Shown here: in pieces, positions 10,480 through 20,022 of the stretch
Layout of the letters: every line of letters starts with the position of its first letter
Position numbering within the stretch: position 1 is the stretch's first letter
Assembly: GCA_965227345.1 (NCBI GenBank)
Contig: OZ245755.1
Location: 286,527-350,526 of the forward strand
Source: Sphingomonadales bacterium
GTDB taxonomy: Bacteria; Pseudomonadota; Alphaproteobacteria; Sphingomonadales; G965227345
Length of the DNA: 64,000 nt
Direction: 5' to 3'
The notes under the pieces: generated by a model
What the model saw: the letters and a program-made list of their open reading frames with translations, nothing else
What the model was told of the DNA's origin: nothing
The model's database searches: none
Program-made: the position numbers and the translations under genes

Positions 10480-11727
10480 TTAACTTATCTTCCGAATTGG
10501 TTGCGATCCGGTTACTTTTCCCGATGATTTTTTATGGAGCATATCTTCCAGTCTGGCCAAATTGCCTGACCACCCGTAATCCGAGAGGATTCGCGCCCTG
10601 GCCGCCTCGCCCATGGCACCCGCTCGGGCTCCATCCAAAAGGTCACATACAGACCTTGCAAAATCTTCCGGATCATCGGCAACCAGAAGCTCTTCACCCG
10701 GCCTTGCCGATATACCTTCAAATGCCTGACCTGTGGCCACAACGGCTTTCCCCATGGCCATGCCCTCCAGAACCTTGTTCTGGATGCCCCGGGCAATCCG
10801 CATGGGACATACCACAACATCTGCATGGCCCAGATAGGGCTGCACCTCGGGCACGCGGCCCGTTACCGATATGCCTTCAATATTTGAAAGCTCCTGGACA
10901 GCATTCGTGGGCTTGCCACCAACAATGTAAAATTGCGCCTGGCTATGTTTTTTGCGGATTTCAGGAAATATTTCACGCGCGAACCATTGAACAGCATCAA
11001 CATTCGCCCAATAGTCCATTGCCCCGGTGAAAACCAGAAATGGACCTTGTCCTGAATAGGGCGAGGATGCCGCACGGGCAGGCGCAAAGCTTTCAAAATC
11101 CACGCCATTGTTTAAATAGCCAATCCGGTCGGCTGCTTCCGGGACCAGCTGGCGAAACATATCCGCTTCACTTTGCGATACAAACAGTCCGGCATCGACC
11201 TTTTTTGCCAGCGCCCGCTCATATTCCAGCAATACCCGGCTTTCCCGCTGATATATCCAGCTCATTGGCCATTTGTGTATCTTGGCATATTGCGCCCATT
11301 TGTCGGAATCAACATCCACATAGTCCATGACAACAGGCTGATCACTTTTATACCGGCCTTCCATGAACTGACCTGTGGCCGAAGAAAACAAAAACACCGC
11401 CTCAATCGGGCGGGATTCCAGAATATGCCTCACCCAACTATCAAATTTTCGGTCCTGATAGCAGGCAATGGTTAAAGGCGCACCGGTCATCAGTCCCTTA
11501 AGACTGCGGAGCCTCGCACGCAGGTATCCCAGTGAAGAAAAGTGTGTTTCCGCACAAACCGACTTCAAATGCGAAACATATTGCCAATCCTGCGCATCAT
11601 CCACAAAACATCCCATATGAACCTTATGAGACCTGGACAGATGCTCGAGAATATGCCACGATCGTATCTTGTCGCCCTTATTGGGCGGATACGGAATTCG
11701 GTGCGCCAGAAACAAAATTTCACCCAT
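10480..11727 (-). CDS. GT-B glycosyltransferase, PEP-CTERM/XrtA-system-associated type
   Basis: N-terminus ILFLAHRIPYPPNKGDKIRSWH is typical of the XrtA-linked sugar transferase family. The C-terminal GT4-like region contains RIARGIQNKVLEGMAMGKAVV. ATG 11727 avoids overlap with the upstream gene. Confidence 0.8.
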   Translation of the reverse strand: MGEILFLAHRIPYPPNKGDKIRSWHILEHLSRSHKVHMGCFVDDAQDWQYVSHLKSVCAETHFSSLGYLRARLRSLKGLMTGAPLTIACYQDRKFDSWVRHILESRPIEAVFLFSSATGQFMEGRYKSDQPVVMDYVDVDSDKWAQYAKIHKWPMSWIYQRESRVLLEYERALAKKVDAGLFVSQSEADMFRQLVPEAADRIGYLNNGVDFESFAPARAASSPYSGQGPFLVFTGAMDYWANVDAVQWFAREIFPEIRKKHSQAQFYIVGGKPTNAVQELSNIEGISVTGRVPEVQPYLGHADVVVCPMRIARGIQNKVLEGMAMGKAVVATGQAFEGISARPGEELLVADDPEDFARSVCDLLDGARAGAMGEAARARILSDYGWSGNLARLEDMLHKKSSGKVTGSQPIRKIS

Positions 11728-11731
11728 GTTT

Positions 11732-12766
11732 CTAACCCAGGCTCCTGGAGACCATCGGACCAATAAAATTAGCCACAGGTAACGGGAGCCTTTTCCAGAC
11801 AGCGATCATCAACTGGTATTTGGGGTTAAGCGGGTTCACATCAGGCATCGACACACCGCTTTCCAGCAAATATTCATACATCAACGGTTTCGCCTCAAAG
11901 CCCCAGTTCTTTTTAAAAGAATAGGAGCCGGTGCCAATCTTGCTCCGACCAAAGTCAAACCACTTGCAGGACTTTTCGTCAACGGCCCGCGACATTACGG
12001 CCCAATACATAAAATCATTTGCCGCATAATTGCGGGCGTCAAGCGTTCCTCCGCCATAATAGGGCAGCACTTCATCCCGAAAGTAAAAATTCATCACCGA
12101 AGATACGGCTCTGCCCTCATGCTCAACCGTCAGGATATCACAGGCATTGTTTGGGCCGAATTCATTCAGCAGGTTGACAAAAAGTGACCTAGGGAACACC
12201 GGCGTACCCAAATTACGCACACTTTCTGCATACATCCGGTATAAACGGTCAACATTCTGATCAATGACAGCGGTGAGCCCGGCCTTGATCCCTTTTCTGA
12301 CCATAGCCCGCTGCTTGCGCGGGATCGCTTTCATATTGTTTTCATTATCAGGGTCAAGCTGTTTTCGAAAGGTCACATAAAGCTCATCCTTGGCGGGCCA
12401 ATCCGGCCGAATTCTTTCCTGATCTCGATATTCGACATATTCCACTTTCAGATCAACGGCCAGCTTTCGCGCCTGCTCGTCCAGGGCAGCGTGCACATCC
12501 GCGCGGTCAGCAACCGGCCCGCCGGTCACGGCAAAGGCATTCGAGATCAAGGCATCGCCAAACAGGCGGCTACGCATATGGATAAGGGGCAGAATTCCAA
12601 TTATTTTGCCATTTTCTTCGGCGTAATAATAACAGGGCTTGTGACCAAACGTTGCCTGTATGGCCCGCCCCCAGCCGGTGAGGTGAAAAAAGGTGGCCTG
12701 ATCATGGGCACGAACGAATGTATCCCAATCTTCACCCTGCATAATATCGAGCTGGCGGATATTCAC
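11732..12766 (-). CDS. FemAB-family (aminoacyl-tRNA-dependent transferase fold) protein, PEP-CTERM-system-associated
   Basis: Recognised by length and pattern (WDTFV ... ATFFHLTGW ... KQRAMVRKG ... FKKNWGF) and by its conserved position beside the XrtA-system deacetylase. Start is ambiguous: GTG 12766, ATG 12742, or the ORF-track start at 12817. Confidence 0.75.
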   Translation of the reverse strand: MNIRQLDIMQGEDWDTFVRAHDQATFFHLTGWGRAIQATFGHKPCYYYAEENGKIIGILPLIHMRSRLFGDALISNAFAVTGGPVADRADVHAALDEQARKLAVDLKVEYVEYRDQERIRPDWPAKDELYVTFRKQLDPDNENNMKAIPRKQRAMVRKGIKAGLTAVIDQNVDRLYRMYAESVRNLGTPVFPRSLFVNLLNEFGPNNACDILTVEHEGRAVSSVMNFYFRDEVLPYYGGGTLDARNYAANDFMYWAVMSRAVDEKSCKWFDFGRSKIGTGSYSFKKNWGFEAKPLMYEYLLESGVSMPDVNPLNPKYQLMIAVWKRLPLPVANFIGPMVSRSLG

Positions 12767-12776
12767 TATCTGGATC

Positions 12777-13637
12777 TCAGTTTTTGCTGGAAGGGGAAAG
12801 AAAAACCTGATCAACACGGCTCCAGCGAAAATCTCTTAACGCCGTCTTTAATTTGGACGCCATGACATCAAGGTTCGTGTAATGCCGAAATTTTGATTTG
12901 GCACTCGCATTGTTTTGCCGGGGTTGCCCCGGGTCTATTTCCCATGGATGAAAATAGAAAATACAGGGCTGTTGGTCCCGTTCATTGACCCGTCTCATCG
13001 CCCAGCGCGACAATGAATAGGGCAAAAGCCTGAAATACCCGCCGCCGCCGCACGGGATCCGCTTTCCCATCACCTCAACCGTTGTCACAGGTATCTCTGT
13101 GAAAGCCTTGTTTTTATCCGGCTGAAATGAGAAGCGCGGCGCGCCCGGCATGCCATAATGATCATGATGAATAGGATATACACTTGAACTGTACAGATAT
13201 CCCTCTTCGCCCAGTACATCAAGCGCCCAAAGATTACCGCTGCCGATTGAAAAACTGGCCGCCCGATACCCCTTAATTGCTTCACCCGATATATCTTCAA
13301 GCAAGGCCTTGCTTTGACGCACGTCTGCACGAAATTCCTCAGGTGTCTGGGCAAAGGCCCGCACGTGCTTCATGCCGTGACTGGCGATCTCGTGGCCCTC
13401 GGCGACAATGCGCTTGATGATTTGTGGATACCGCTCCGCAACCCAGCCCAATGTAAAGAATGTTGCCTTTACATCAGCTTCGGCAAAAATATCCAGTACC
13501 GCATTGGTATTCTGCTCAACGCGACAAGGCAATGTGTCCCAGTCTTTCGGATCAATGGTCTTTTCAAAGGCACCAACCTGAAAATAATCTTCCACATCGA
13601 CAGACATGGCGTTGATGATCTTGTTGTTATGCGCCAT
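12777..13637 (-). CDS. Polysaccharide deacetylase (NodB/CE4-like), XrtA-system type
   Basis: MSVDVEDYFQV N-terminus, plus the FFTLGW and EIASHG histidine motifs. Lies in the XrtA operon. Confidence 0.85.
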   Translation of the reverse strand: MAHNNKIINAMSVDVEDYFQVGAFEKTIDPKDWDTLPCRVEQNTNAVLDIFAEADVKATFFTLGWVAERYPQIIKRIVAEGHEIASHGMKHVRAFAQTPEEFRADVRQSKALLEDISGEAIKGYRAASFSIGSGNLWALDVLGEEGYLYSSSVYPIHHDHYGMPGAPRFSFQPDKNKAFTEIPVTTVEVMGKRIPCGGGGYFRLLPYSLSRWAMRRVNERDQQPCIFYFHPWEIDPGQPRQNNASAKSKFRHYTNLDVMASKLKTALRDFRWSRVDQVFLSPSSKN

Positions 13638-14700
13638 CTGTTTGATCCGACGCTTCCAGCCAATCCGTTACCATCTCAAGCGCCTGTTTTATGGTAAGAT
13701 CGTGCGCCTTGACATATTTTTCAAGCAGCTCAAGCCGGTGTGCCAGGGCATCCATATCTTGTGGCCCGGCTTTACCGTTTGTGCCATTCCCTTCCAGTTC
13801 GCCAGGTTCATCCGTATCTTTAGAAAGCTTTTTTCTTAAATTCCTTGTGGCATTTACAGCTTGCGCCGCCTGCTGGCGACCAGCTTCATTATCGCTTTCC
13901 ATATCAGCAACAACTGCGGTGATAACGTCTTCGTCTATTTCATGCACTTCTTCGATTGCGCCATAAAGCAAAACCCGCGAGCAAAGCGTATTAACGCGTC
14001 TTGGCACCCCGTCCGTTTGCTCAAAAAGCATGCGAAAAGCACCGTCTGTAAATTTGGGGTCGTCCTTCCAGCCGACAAGTTGCAGCCGGTGCAGAATATA
14101 ATTACGGGTCTCTTCTTCTGTCATGGCTTGCAGATGATGAATGGCAATTACACGCTGGCGAAGTTGTTCCAGGTTAGGGTCTGTTGCCCATTTTTCGCGA
14201 AATTCAGGCTGCCCAAGCAGAAAGCTTTGTAGCAGGGCACGCTCGCCGACCTGAAAATTTGACAGCATGCGCAATTCTTCCAGGGCGGCAGTTGGCAGAT
14301 TTTGGACTTCATCCACAATCAGCAATGCTCTCTTGCCCTGCTGATGCTGAATACGCAAAAAACGTTCAATACGCTGAAGCAACGTCGCCTTGTCAGCATT
14401 CTCGCTTTCAAGGCCAAAACCGGAAGCCACCATGCGCAGGATATCGTCTGCACTCAGCAGTGACGTCACAACCTTTGCCGCCACATACCGGTCGTTATCC
14501 AGCTCGTCGAACAAATGCCCGACAAGCGTCGTTTTACCGGCCCCGATATCACCTGTAATGATGATAAAGCCTTCGCCCTGATTAAGCCCGTACGTCAGAT
14601 AAGCCATCGCCTTTTTATGCGTGCTACTATCAAAATAGAAGCGTGGATCAGGCGTTAGCTGGAAGGGCTTGCCATTCAGCTTGTAAAACTCGGCATACAT
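13627..14700 (-). CDS. ExeA/GspA-like AAA ATPase, XrtA/PEP-CTERM-system-associated
   Basis: Starts MYAEFYKLNGKPFQLTPDPRFYF. Walker A is GDIGAGKTT and Walker B is LLIVDEVQNL. Its 3' end overlaps the deacetylase start by 11 nt. Confidence 0.85.
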   Translation of the reverse strand: MYAEFYKLNGKPFQLTPDPRFYFDSSTHKKAMAYLTYGLNQGEGFIIITGDIGAGKTTLVGHLFDELDNDRYVAAKVVTSLLSADDILRMVASGFGLESENADKATLLQRIERFLRIQHQQGKRALLIVDEVQNLPTAALEELRMLSNFQVGERALLQSFLLGQPEFREKWATDPNLEQLRQRVIAIHHLQAMTEEETRNYILHRLQLVGWKDDPKFTDGAFRMLFEQTDGVPRRVNTLCSRVLLYGAIEEVHEIDEDVITAVVADMESDNEAGRQQAAQAVNATRNLRKKLSKDTDEPGELEGNGTNGKAGPQDMDALAHRLELLEKYVKAHDLTIKQALEMVTDWLEASDQTDGA

Positions 14701-14711
14701 TTAAGTCGCCC

Positions 14712-16142
14712 CTAAAAGGTCGCTGAAAGATTAACCTTCACCGCATTTTCAACCAGATCAAAGTTCGGATTGGTCGATCGTCTGTCAGTGCGGATATATT
14801 CCACGCCCCCGCTCAGGCTCGTTGATATACGATAATTAAGCGAAGCACGGCCGCTGTACAAATCATCACGTCTGTTACCCTGTGACGCAAATTCCTGACG
14901 CCGGTAGTTACCACTGACTGTTCCGGAAAGGTGACGCCCGAACTGCCTGCTAAAACTGCCCTGACCACCATAATTGGTTTCCTGCTCCGCCGTCGCGTCA
15001 ATAAAGCGCTCTTCATGAAACGCAGTCAGGCTAAAAGTGTTCCGCCCGCGCTTGCCAGACAGCGTGATATTATAACGCTTGGTACGGAAAGCAGAGTCAA
15101 TGAGGCTGAACCCACCTGGATCCACAATGGGGTCTGCAGCCTGATCGCTGTTCAGAAGCTGGTTGGCCAATACATCCTGCGTGGTGGTAATGGTTTCGTT
15201 ATATCCAATGGATATCCGTGTTTCCGGCGAAATAATATACGAACCGTTAACCGAGAAATTCTCATCACCATAACGCTCGCCGCCGCGAAGCGACAATGAT
15301 GTTCTGGGGCCCGGTGTCAGGCGAACACCCACATCCCAAAGCAGCCCGTCTGGCTGGCTGCTGAGAGAGCCATCCTGAATTTCTTCATAGCCCACACTGC
15401 CCAGTAACGAAAGCCACCGGTTTACAGGATACGAAGCGTCTGCAATAGCTGTTGTCCGTTCAAAGTTTCCACCGGTCTCACGGCTTCTGATCTGATGCGA
15501 AACATTGGTTCCCCAACGCAATCGCGGGAATTTGCGGCCACTTGAAAAACCGGCCCCAAACTCGTGACTGTCGGAGTTTGTAATCACATTCGGATTCAAG
15601 GGATTAAAGGTGTTGTTGGCATTCGACCTGATATAATTAAAGCGATAATACAGGTTTGCCGTCCCCCAGCTGCCGTAATCACGGCGCAAATAGGGATTGA
15701 TAATATAATTCTGCACTGTCTTTCTGTTATCGGTCTGGTTATCGAAGTTATTCGACAGCGAGCCGCCACGATCAACAAACTGCTGATTAATCGAAGCCTT
15801 TAGATCCAGATAGAACAGATCACGGACCAGTTCGCTGTTGACCCTGCCCTGAAGTTCGTGCCGAAGGTCGGAACTGTCTTCCGAATTGGCGAAATAAAGA
15901 AAATTCGCCGTATAATCAATGTCAGCCGAAATTCGGGCACCCTGCCCGGTAATACCGATACCCGGAGAAACGCGGGTTACAAAGTCATCCTGTTTGTTCA
16001 CAGGAGAAACATTGACGTTGTCTGTATAAGTTTCCAGAACTTCCAGATGCGGTGTCGCACGCCAGGTACCTGCGAAAGCCTGTCCCCCTAGTGTTGAAAG
16101 CACAAGGACAGCAAGGCAAACGCCCGATCGGGTGTGCCGCAT
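14712..16142 (-). CDS. PEP-CTERM-locus outer-membrane beta-barrel protein
   Basis: Signal peptide MRHTRSGVCLAVLVLSTLGGQAFA (ATG 16142). Alternating beta-strand-like pattern rich in Y/G/N/S/R, ending in a terminal aromatic residue (LSATF). Position is conserved in XrtA loci. Confidence 0.65.
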   Translation of the reverse strand: MRHTRSGVCLAVLVLSTLGGQAFAGTWRATPHLEVLETYTDNVNVSPVNKQDDFVTRVSPGIGITGQGARISADIDYTANFLYFANSEDSSDLRHELQGRVNSELVRDLFYLDLKASINQQFVDRGGSLSNNFDNQTDNRKTVQNYIINPYLRRDYGSWGTANLYYRFNYIRSNANNTFNPLNPNVITNSDSHEFGAGFSSGRKFPRLRWGTNVSHQIRSRETGGNFERTTAIADASYPVNRWLSLLGSVGYEEIQDGSLSSQPDGLLWDVGVRLTPGPRTSLSLRGGERYGDENFSVNGSYIISPETRISIGYNETITTTQDVLANQLLNSDQAADPIVDPGGFSLIDSAFRTKRYNITLSGKRGRNTFSLTAFHEERFIDATAEQETNYGGQGSFSRQFGRHLSGTVSGNYRRQEFASQGNRRDDLYSGRASLNYRISTSLSGGVEYIRTDRRSTNPNFDLVENAVKVNLSATF

Positions 16143-16185
16143 ATGCTTGAGAGTGTTTTGCTGTTTCCCCCCGGAAACACAATTG

Positions 16186-17166
16186 TCAGGCGCCGTAACC
16201 GTAATATGTTCCAAATTTTTTATCCCTGCCCGTATATCTGGACTTGTTTAGCAAAAGACTAATGTTCTGGCACGAACTTACGAGTGACAAAGCTTCCTTG
16301 AGCTGTGGTTCACGTGTGCGCTCGGCCTCGACAACAAACAATATCTGCCCGACATGCAGCGCGAGAACTGATGCAGAACTGCTGGCCAAAACCGGTGGTG
16401 AATCAAATACAATCACCCGATCGGGATAGCGCATGACAAGTTCATTCACAATCTCGCCCATGCGATCACTCGCGAGCAACTCCGTTGTCATATTATGTCT
16501 GCGCCCTGCTGGCAACAAAACAAGGTTCTCGATATTCGTTCGGATCAGACAATCTGCCAGATCAATGGATGGATCCTCAATAACATCGACAAGACCCTTG
16601 CCCGGCTGCACACCCAATGTCGCCAGAACGTCAGGTTTGGCAAAATCGGCGTCAACCAGCAAAACAGTCAAATCCCGTTCTGAAGCGATGCTCATCGCCA
16701 GATTGATAGCGCAAAATGTCTTGCCTTCATTCGGCTGTGAACTTGTCACCAGGATCAGATTACCGTTCCTGATTTCGCCCGCACCTCTGGCAAAGGCATT
16801 CAACAGCAGACTTCTTTTGACGAGCCGAAATTCTTCCGCCTGAACTGTTGGGCTATTGTCCGGTGTAATATAATACCGATCACTCAGGCTTTTCAGATCA
16901 ATCTCGGCAAATCGACTCCGCTTGCGGCGAGCAAGCGTTTGCTCGTCCGGGCCTGCAGACGGTTTGTCTATGGATGCCTGACGAGCTGGCTGTGCTGGTG
17001 CGGGAGAAGCTTCCGATGCCGCCGTCAAAGGCGCCTTTTCTTCGCTGCCAGAAGAGGGTTGTGCAGTCTCTTTCGAAGCGCGGGCAAGCTTTTCTGCCGC
17101 CCGTTCAACCAGAGATCCGGATTCCTGCTTCTTCAGTTTTTGGGCCGCTTTTTCTATTAGGTCCAT
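16186..17166 (-). CDS. BY-kinase-type tyrosine autokinase (stand-alone cytoplasmic ATPase)
   Basis: Walker A SSQPNEGKT, Walker A' LLVDADF and Walker B VIVFDSPP. C-terminal Tyr cluster is SRYTGRDKKFGTYYGYGA. Confidence 0.8.
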   Translation of the reverse strand: MDLIEKAAQKLKKQESGSLVERAAEKLARASKETAQPSSGSEEKAPLTAASEASPAPAQPARQASIDKPSAGPDEQTLARRKRSRFAEIDLKSLSDRYYITPDNSPTVQAEEFRLVKRSLLLNAFARGAGEIRNGNLILVTSSQPNEGKTFCAINLAMSIASERDLTVLLVDADFAKPDVLATLGVQPGKGLVDVIEDPSIDLADCLIRTNIENLVLLPAGRRHNMTTELLASDRMGEIVNELVMRYPDRVIVFDSPPVLASSSASVLALHVGQILFVVEAERTREPQLKEALSLVSSCQNISLLLNKSRYTGRDKKFGTYYGYGA

Positions 17167-17189
17167 ATCGACTTTCCAGAGCTCTAAAA

Positions 17190-18770
17190 TTAAGAGGAGA
17201 TGGTTCCTCGCAAGACTTCAATAGCAACCACGCCACCATATGCGAAGAACAGTCCAGCCAGTCCTACCGAGAAAGCAATAAGATTCTTCACCTTGGCCCG
17301 CTTCTCGTTTTCCGTCAGGATCACCGTAATACTGCCCAGAACCGGTAGTGAAAAGGCATCGCGAAGACGTTGTGTCGTATTAAAGGTGGTGTGCAACTGG
17401 CTCAAGAGAAAGGCCACCGATACACCTGCACCCAAACCAACCAGCAGAACGCCTGACAGGAACAGCAACCTGTTCGGGCTGCTTGGCACCCGCGGCACGT
17501 CCGGTGGATCAATCACTTTAATCTGGACACCATCAGACTTTGTTTCCAGATCCTGGGCCAGGCGCGCAGATTCACGACGCTGGATCAGCTTCTGATAATT
17601 GGCATTGATCGTGCTGTAATCACGATTGAGGCGTGCAAGCTCTGCTTCCACCGCCGGCACGCGCTGCGCCATATCTTCATAGCGCTGAACGTCAGCCTTT
17701 TTCTGTTCCAGCCTGTCACGTAACGTCGCAAGTTGTGTCTCTGCCTCAATCAGACGGATCTTGATCTGTTCATAGATCGGGTTCGGCACCACATTTGCAC
17801 CTGACGGCACAAAGCTGCTGCCACCTTCCTCGATCTGCCCCTGAAGGACAGCCTGCTCATCAGCATATTCTTTTTTCAGTTCCTCTATGGTCTGACGCAT
17901 AATTTTTACGTCCGGGAACTCTTCGGTATAGCCACGTTCAAGCAATTCATCCAAACGACGCTGCTTTTGCGCAATGCGGCTGGCGACCCCGGACGATGAC
18001 ACGCCCCCGATAGGCGGCCCAAGGCCGCCTGTAGCCGTGATGAATGGCGGAATGCCAGCCAGTTGCCTGTCCAGCTCTGTGCGCTGCAGCTTGGCTTCAC
18101 GCAAGGCAGCATCAGCGGCAACCAGTTCGGCCCTGACCTGCTGCAAGCGGGAAAAATAAGATGAGTCACCCGGCAAAAAGCCCAAATTCTTCTGCTGGAA
18201 CTCGGCCATCCGACGTTCGGCGGCTTCAAGCTCCTGCTCGTGCTTGCGAACCTGCTCATCAATAAAACGACGGCTGCCAGCAAGGTCTTTACGATTGGCC
18301 CCGATATTCTCTTCCACAAAGAGCGTCAATAGCGACTGAACGACCTTTTTGGCAACCTGCGGGTCCTGATCTTCAAAACTCAGATTAAACAGGCTGGCAC
18401 CCTGCGCAGACAATCTGACATTTTCCTGAAGATTGCTTACAATATCTTCCAGTTCCTTGTCGTTCCTTGCGTTAAGGTCAAGGTCAGTCATGCGGACAAC
18501 TTTTTCCATGTTCGGTCGACTGATCAGGGTTTGCCGGATCATCATAATCTGTTGCATGCCGTCTGTATCGGCTGCAATGCCGCGCATCAGATTGCTCAGC
18601 ATTGTCTGCGTATCAACATAAATCCGGGCAGTTGCCTGATATTGGTTCGGTATCTGTGCGACAAAAAGCCAACCTGCGGTGCACACAACCCACGCTGCAA
18701 TCAATGCATACGCTTTGCGGCGCCAAATCTCGTGCAAGGCCGAGAGCAGTTGCTGGTATACTTCGTTCAT
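17190..18770 (-). CDS. Polysaccharide chain-length determinant (Wzz/PCP family), PEP-CTERM-locus type
   Basis: N-terminal and C-terminal TM helices flank a long coiled-coil periplasmic region. Immediately upstream of the autokinase. Confidence 0.8.
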   Translation of the reverse strand: MNEVYQQLLSALHEIWRRKAYALIAAWVVCTAGWLFVAQIPNQYQATARIYVDTQTMLSNLMRGIAADTDGMQQIMMIRQTLISRPNMEKVVRMTDLDLNARNDKELEDIVSNLQENVRLSAQGASLFNLSFEDQDPQVAKKVVQSLLTLFVEENIGANRKDLAGSRRFIDEQVRKHEQELEAAERRMAEFQQKNLGFLPGDSSYFSRLQQVRAELVAADAALREAKLQRTELDRQLAGIPPFITATGGLGPPIGGVSSSGVASRIAQKQRRLDELLERGYTEEFPDVKIMRQTIEELKKEYADEQAVLQGQIEEGGSSFVPSGANVVPNPIYEQIKIRLIEAETQLATLRDRLEQKKADVQRYEDMAQRVPAVEAELARLNRDYSTINANYQKLIQRRESARLAQDLETKSDGVQIKVIDPPDVPRVPSSPNRLLFLSGVLLVGLGAGVSVAFLLSQLHTTFNTTQRLRDAFSLPVLGSITVILTENEKRAKVKNLIAFSVGLAGLFFAYGGVVAIEVLRGTISS

Positions 18771-19072
18771 ACCCGTTGCCCCTTTTGACGCATTGTATTC
18801 ATTCTGAATTTTTTAAACATACCGTAACCTTGCCGCGAACATTGTCGTAAATATGACCATTGAAAGAGATCGGTGCTTTTATGCATTATCAGTTAACGAC
18901 GGTTAAAAAGCTTTTAAATACAAATAAATAAAAAATTTAACTGCCACCAATTATTTTCCTGAAGACAATCACATTCATTCAATTTCGGTGAATTCTTGTG
19001 AAAGCTGGCAACTTTGGGCCGCCAGCCTTCTTTTATATTCTGCGGAACAAGCCGCTGATCACCAAACGGTTA

Positions 19073-19717
19073 TCAAAAGAAGCTTTCCGGCACGACGATA
19101 ACATCACCAGGCATAATAGAGACGTTCGCTGATGTATCCCCGTCTTTCAACAGGTCATCAATGCGCACACCATACTCACGCTGCGTTCCACTTTGATGAC
19201 GGACAAGAACAGCACGGTTTCCTGACGCAAATTCCGTTAATCCGCCAACCGAGATCATCACATCAAGCAAGCTCATATTTGCGCGGTAAGGAATTGCCTG
19301 AGGCTGCGCAGCGGCACCAACCACACGTACCTGCTGACTGAATGGCCCCACAAACCCGGACACAATAACAGTCACAATCGGGCTTTGGATATATGTTGCA
19401 AGCTTTTCCTCTACATCACGAGCAAGCTTTGTAGGGGTTTTGCCAGTTGCAATCATATCATCAATGAGGGGAACGGAAAAACGACCGTCCGGACGAACCG
19501 TTACGGTGCTGGACAGCTCAGGATTACGCCAGACAAAAATCTGCAGCGAATCAAGAGGGCCAATAATGTATTCAGGCCCTGGGCCTTCATTCTCTGACAC
19601 AAAGTTAGCAGCCGGAAGGGAAGAGTTGCTTCCAGAGCAGGATGCCAGGAACAGCCCCACTGCACCAAGTACGAAAATTTTGAAAATCATACCACTTTTA
19701 TTAAATGCGGCTTTCAT
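19073..19717 (-). CDS. Wza-like polysaccharide export lipoprotein (Poly_export + SLBB)
   Basis: Lipobox GLFLASC after ATG 19717. Motifs YIIGPLDSLQIFVW, RPDGRFSVPLI and IMPGDVIVVPE. The ORF-track N-terminal extension to 19831 is probably not translated. Confidence 0.85.
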   Translation of the reverse strand: MKAAFNKSGMIFKIFVLGAVGLFLASCSGSNSSLPAANFVSENEGPGPEYIIGPLDSLQIFVWRNPELSSTVTVRPDGRFSVPLIDDMIATGKTPTKLARDVEEKLATYIQSPIVTVIVSGFVGPFSQQVRVVGAAAQPQAIPYRANMSLLDVMISVGGLTEFASGNRAVLVRHQSGTQREYGVRIDDLLKDGDTSANVSIMPGDVIVVPESFF

Positions 19718-20022
19718 ATCGAGCGACAGTTTCACGACTGCGTCCCCTTTGTTGTGTAAACGGACCATATTTTCCGTCAAGTTTCTCTCAAAATCCGGCA
19801 TCAGAACGATCAGAAGCACACGCCACGTCACCGAATAGCTTTTACTCTACTTTAACAAGAATATCTGACAATATTACCAATATCAGTCAATAGTTTAAGA
19901 AATATTGATATAGCAGCCCAATTTATGACATTTGTGACAGTCTGCATAGATTTTATTGTCAAAATAGTCTTGAGCATCTGTCTGGCTGACTATTTTTACA
20001 AGGTCGCCATATTAGCTCATAT

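Noticed and set aside
16186-18770. Separately encoded chain-length determinant and tyrosine kinase (split Wzc) as a possible novelty.
   Set aside because: As far as I recall, this split arrangement is the normal organisation of PEP-CTERM/XrtA loci, so it is not unusual in this context.
19926-19939. A possible Pho box (TGACA direct repeat), considered because the EPS locus abuts phoB.
   Set aside because: The repeat period is 9 bp rather than the 11 bp of PhoB boxes (CTGTCAT-N4-CTGTCAT), and the flanking bases do not match.
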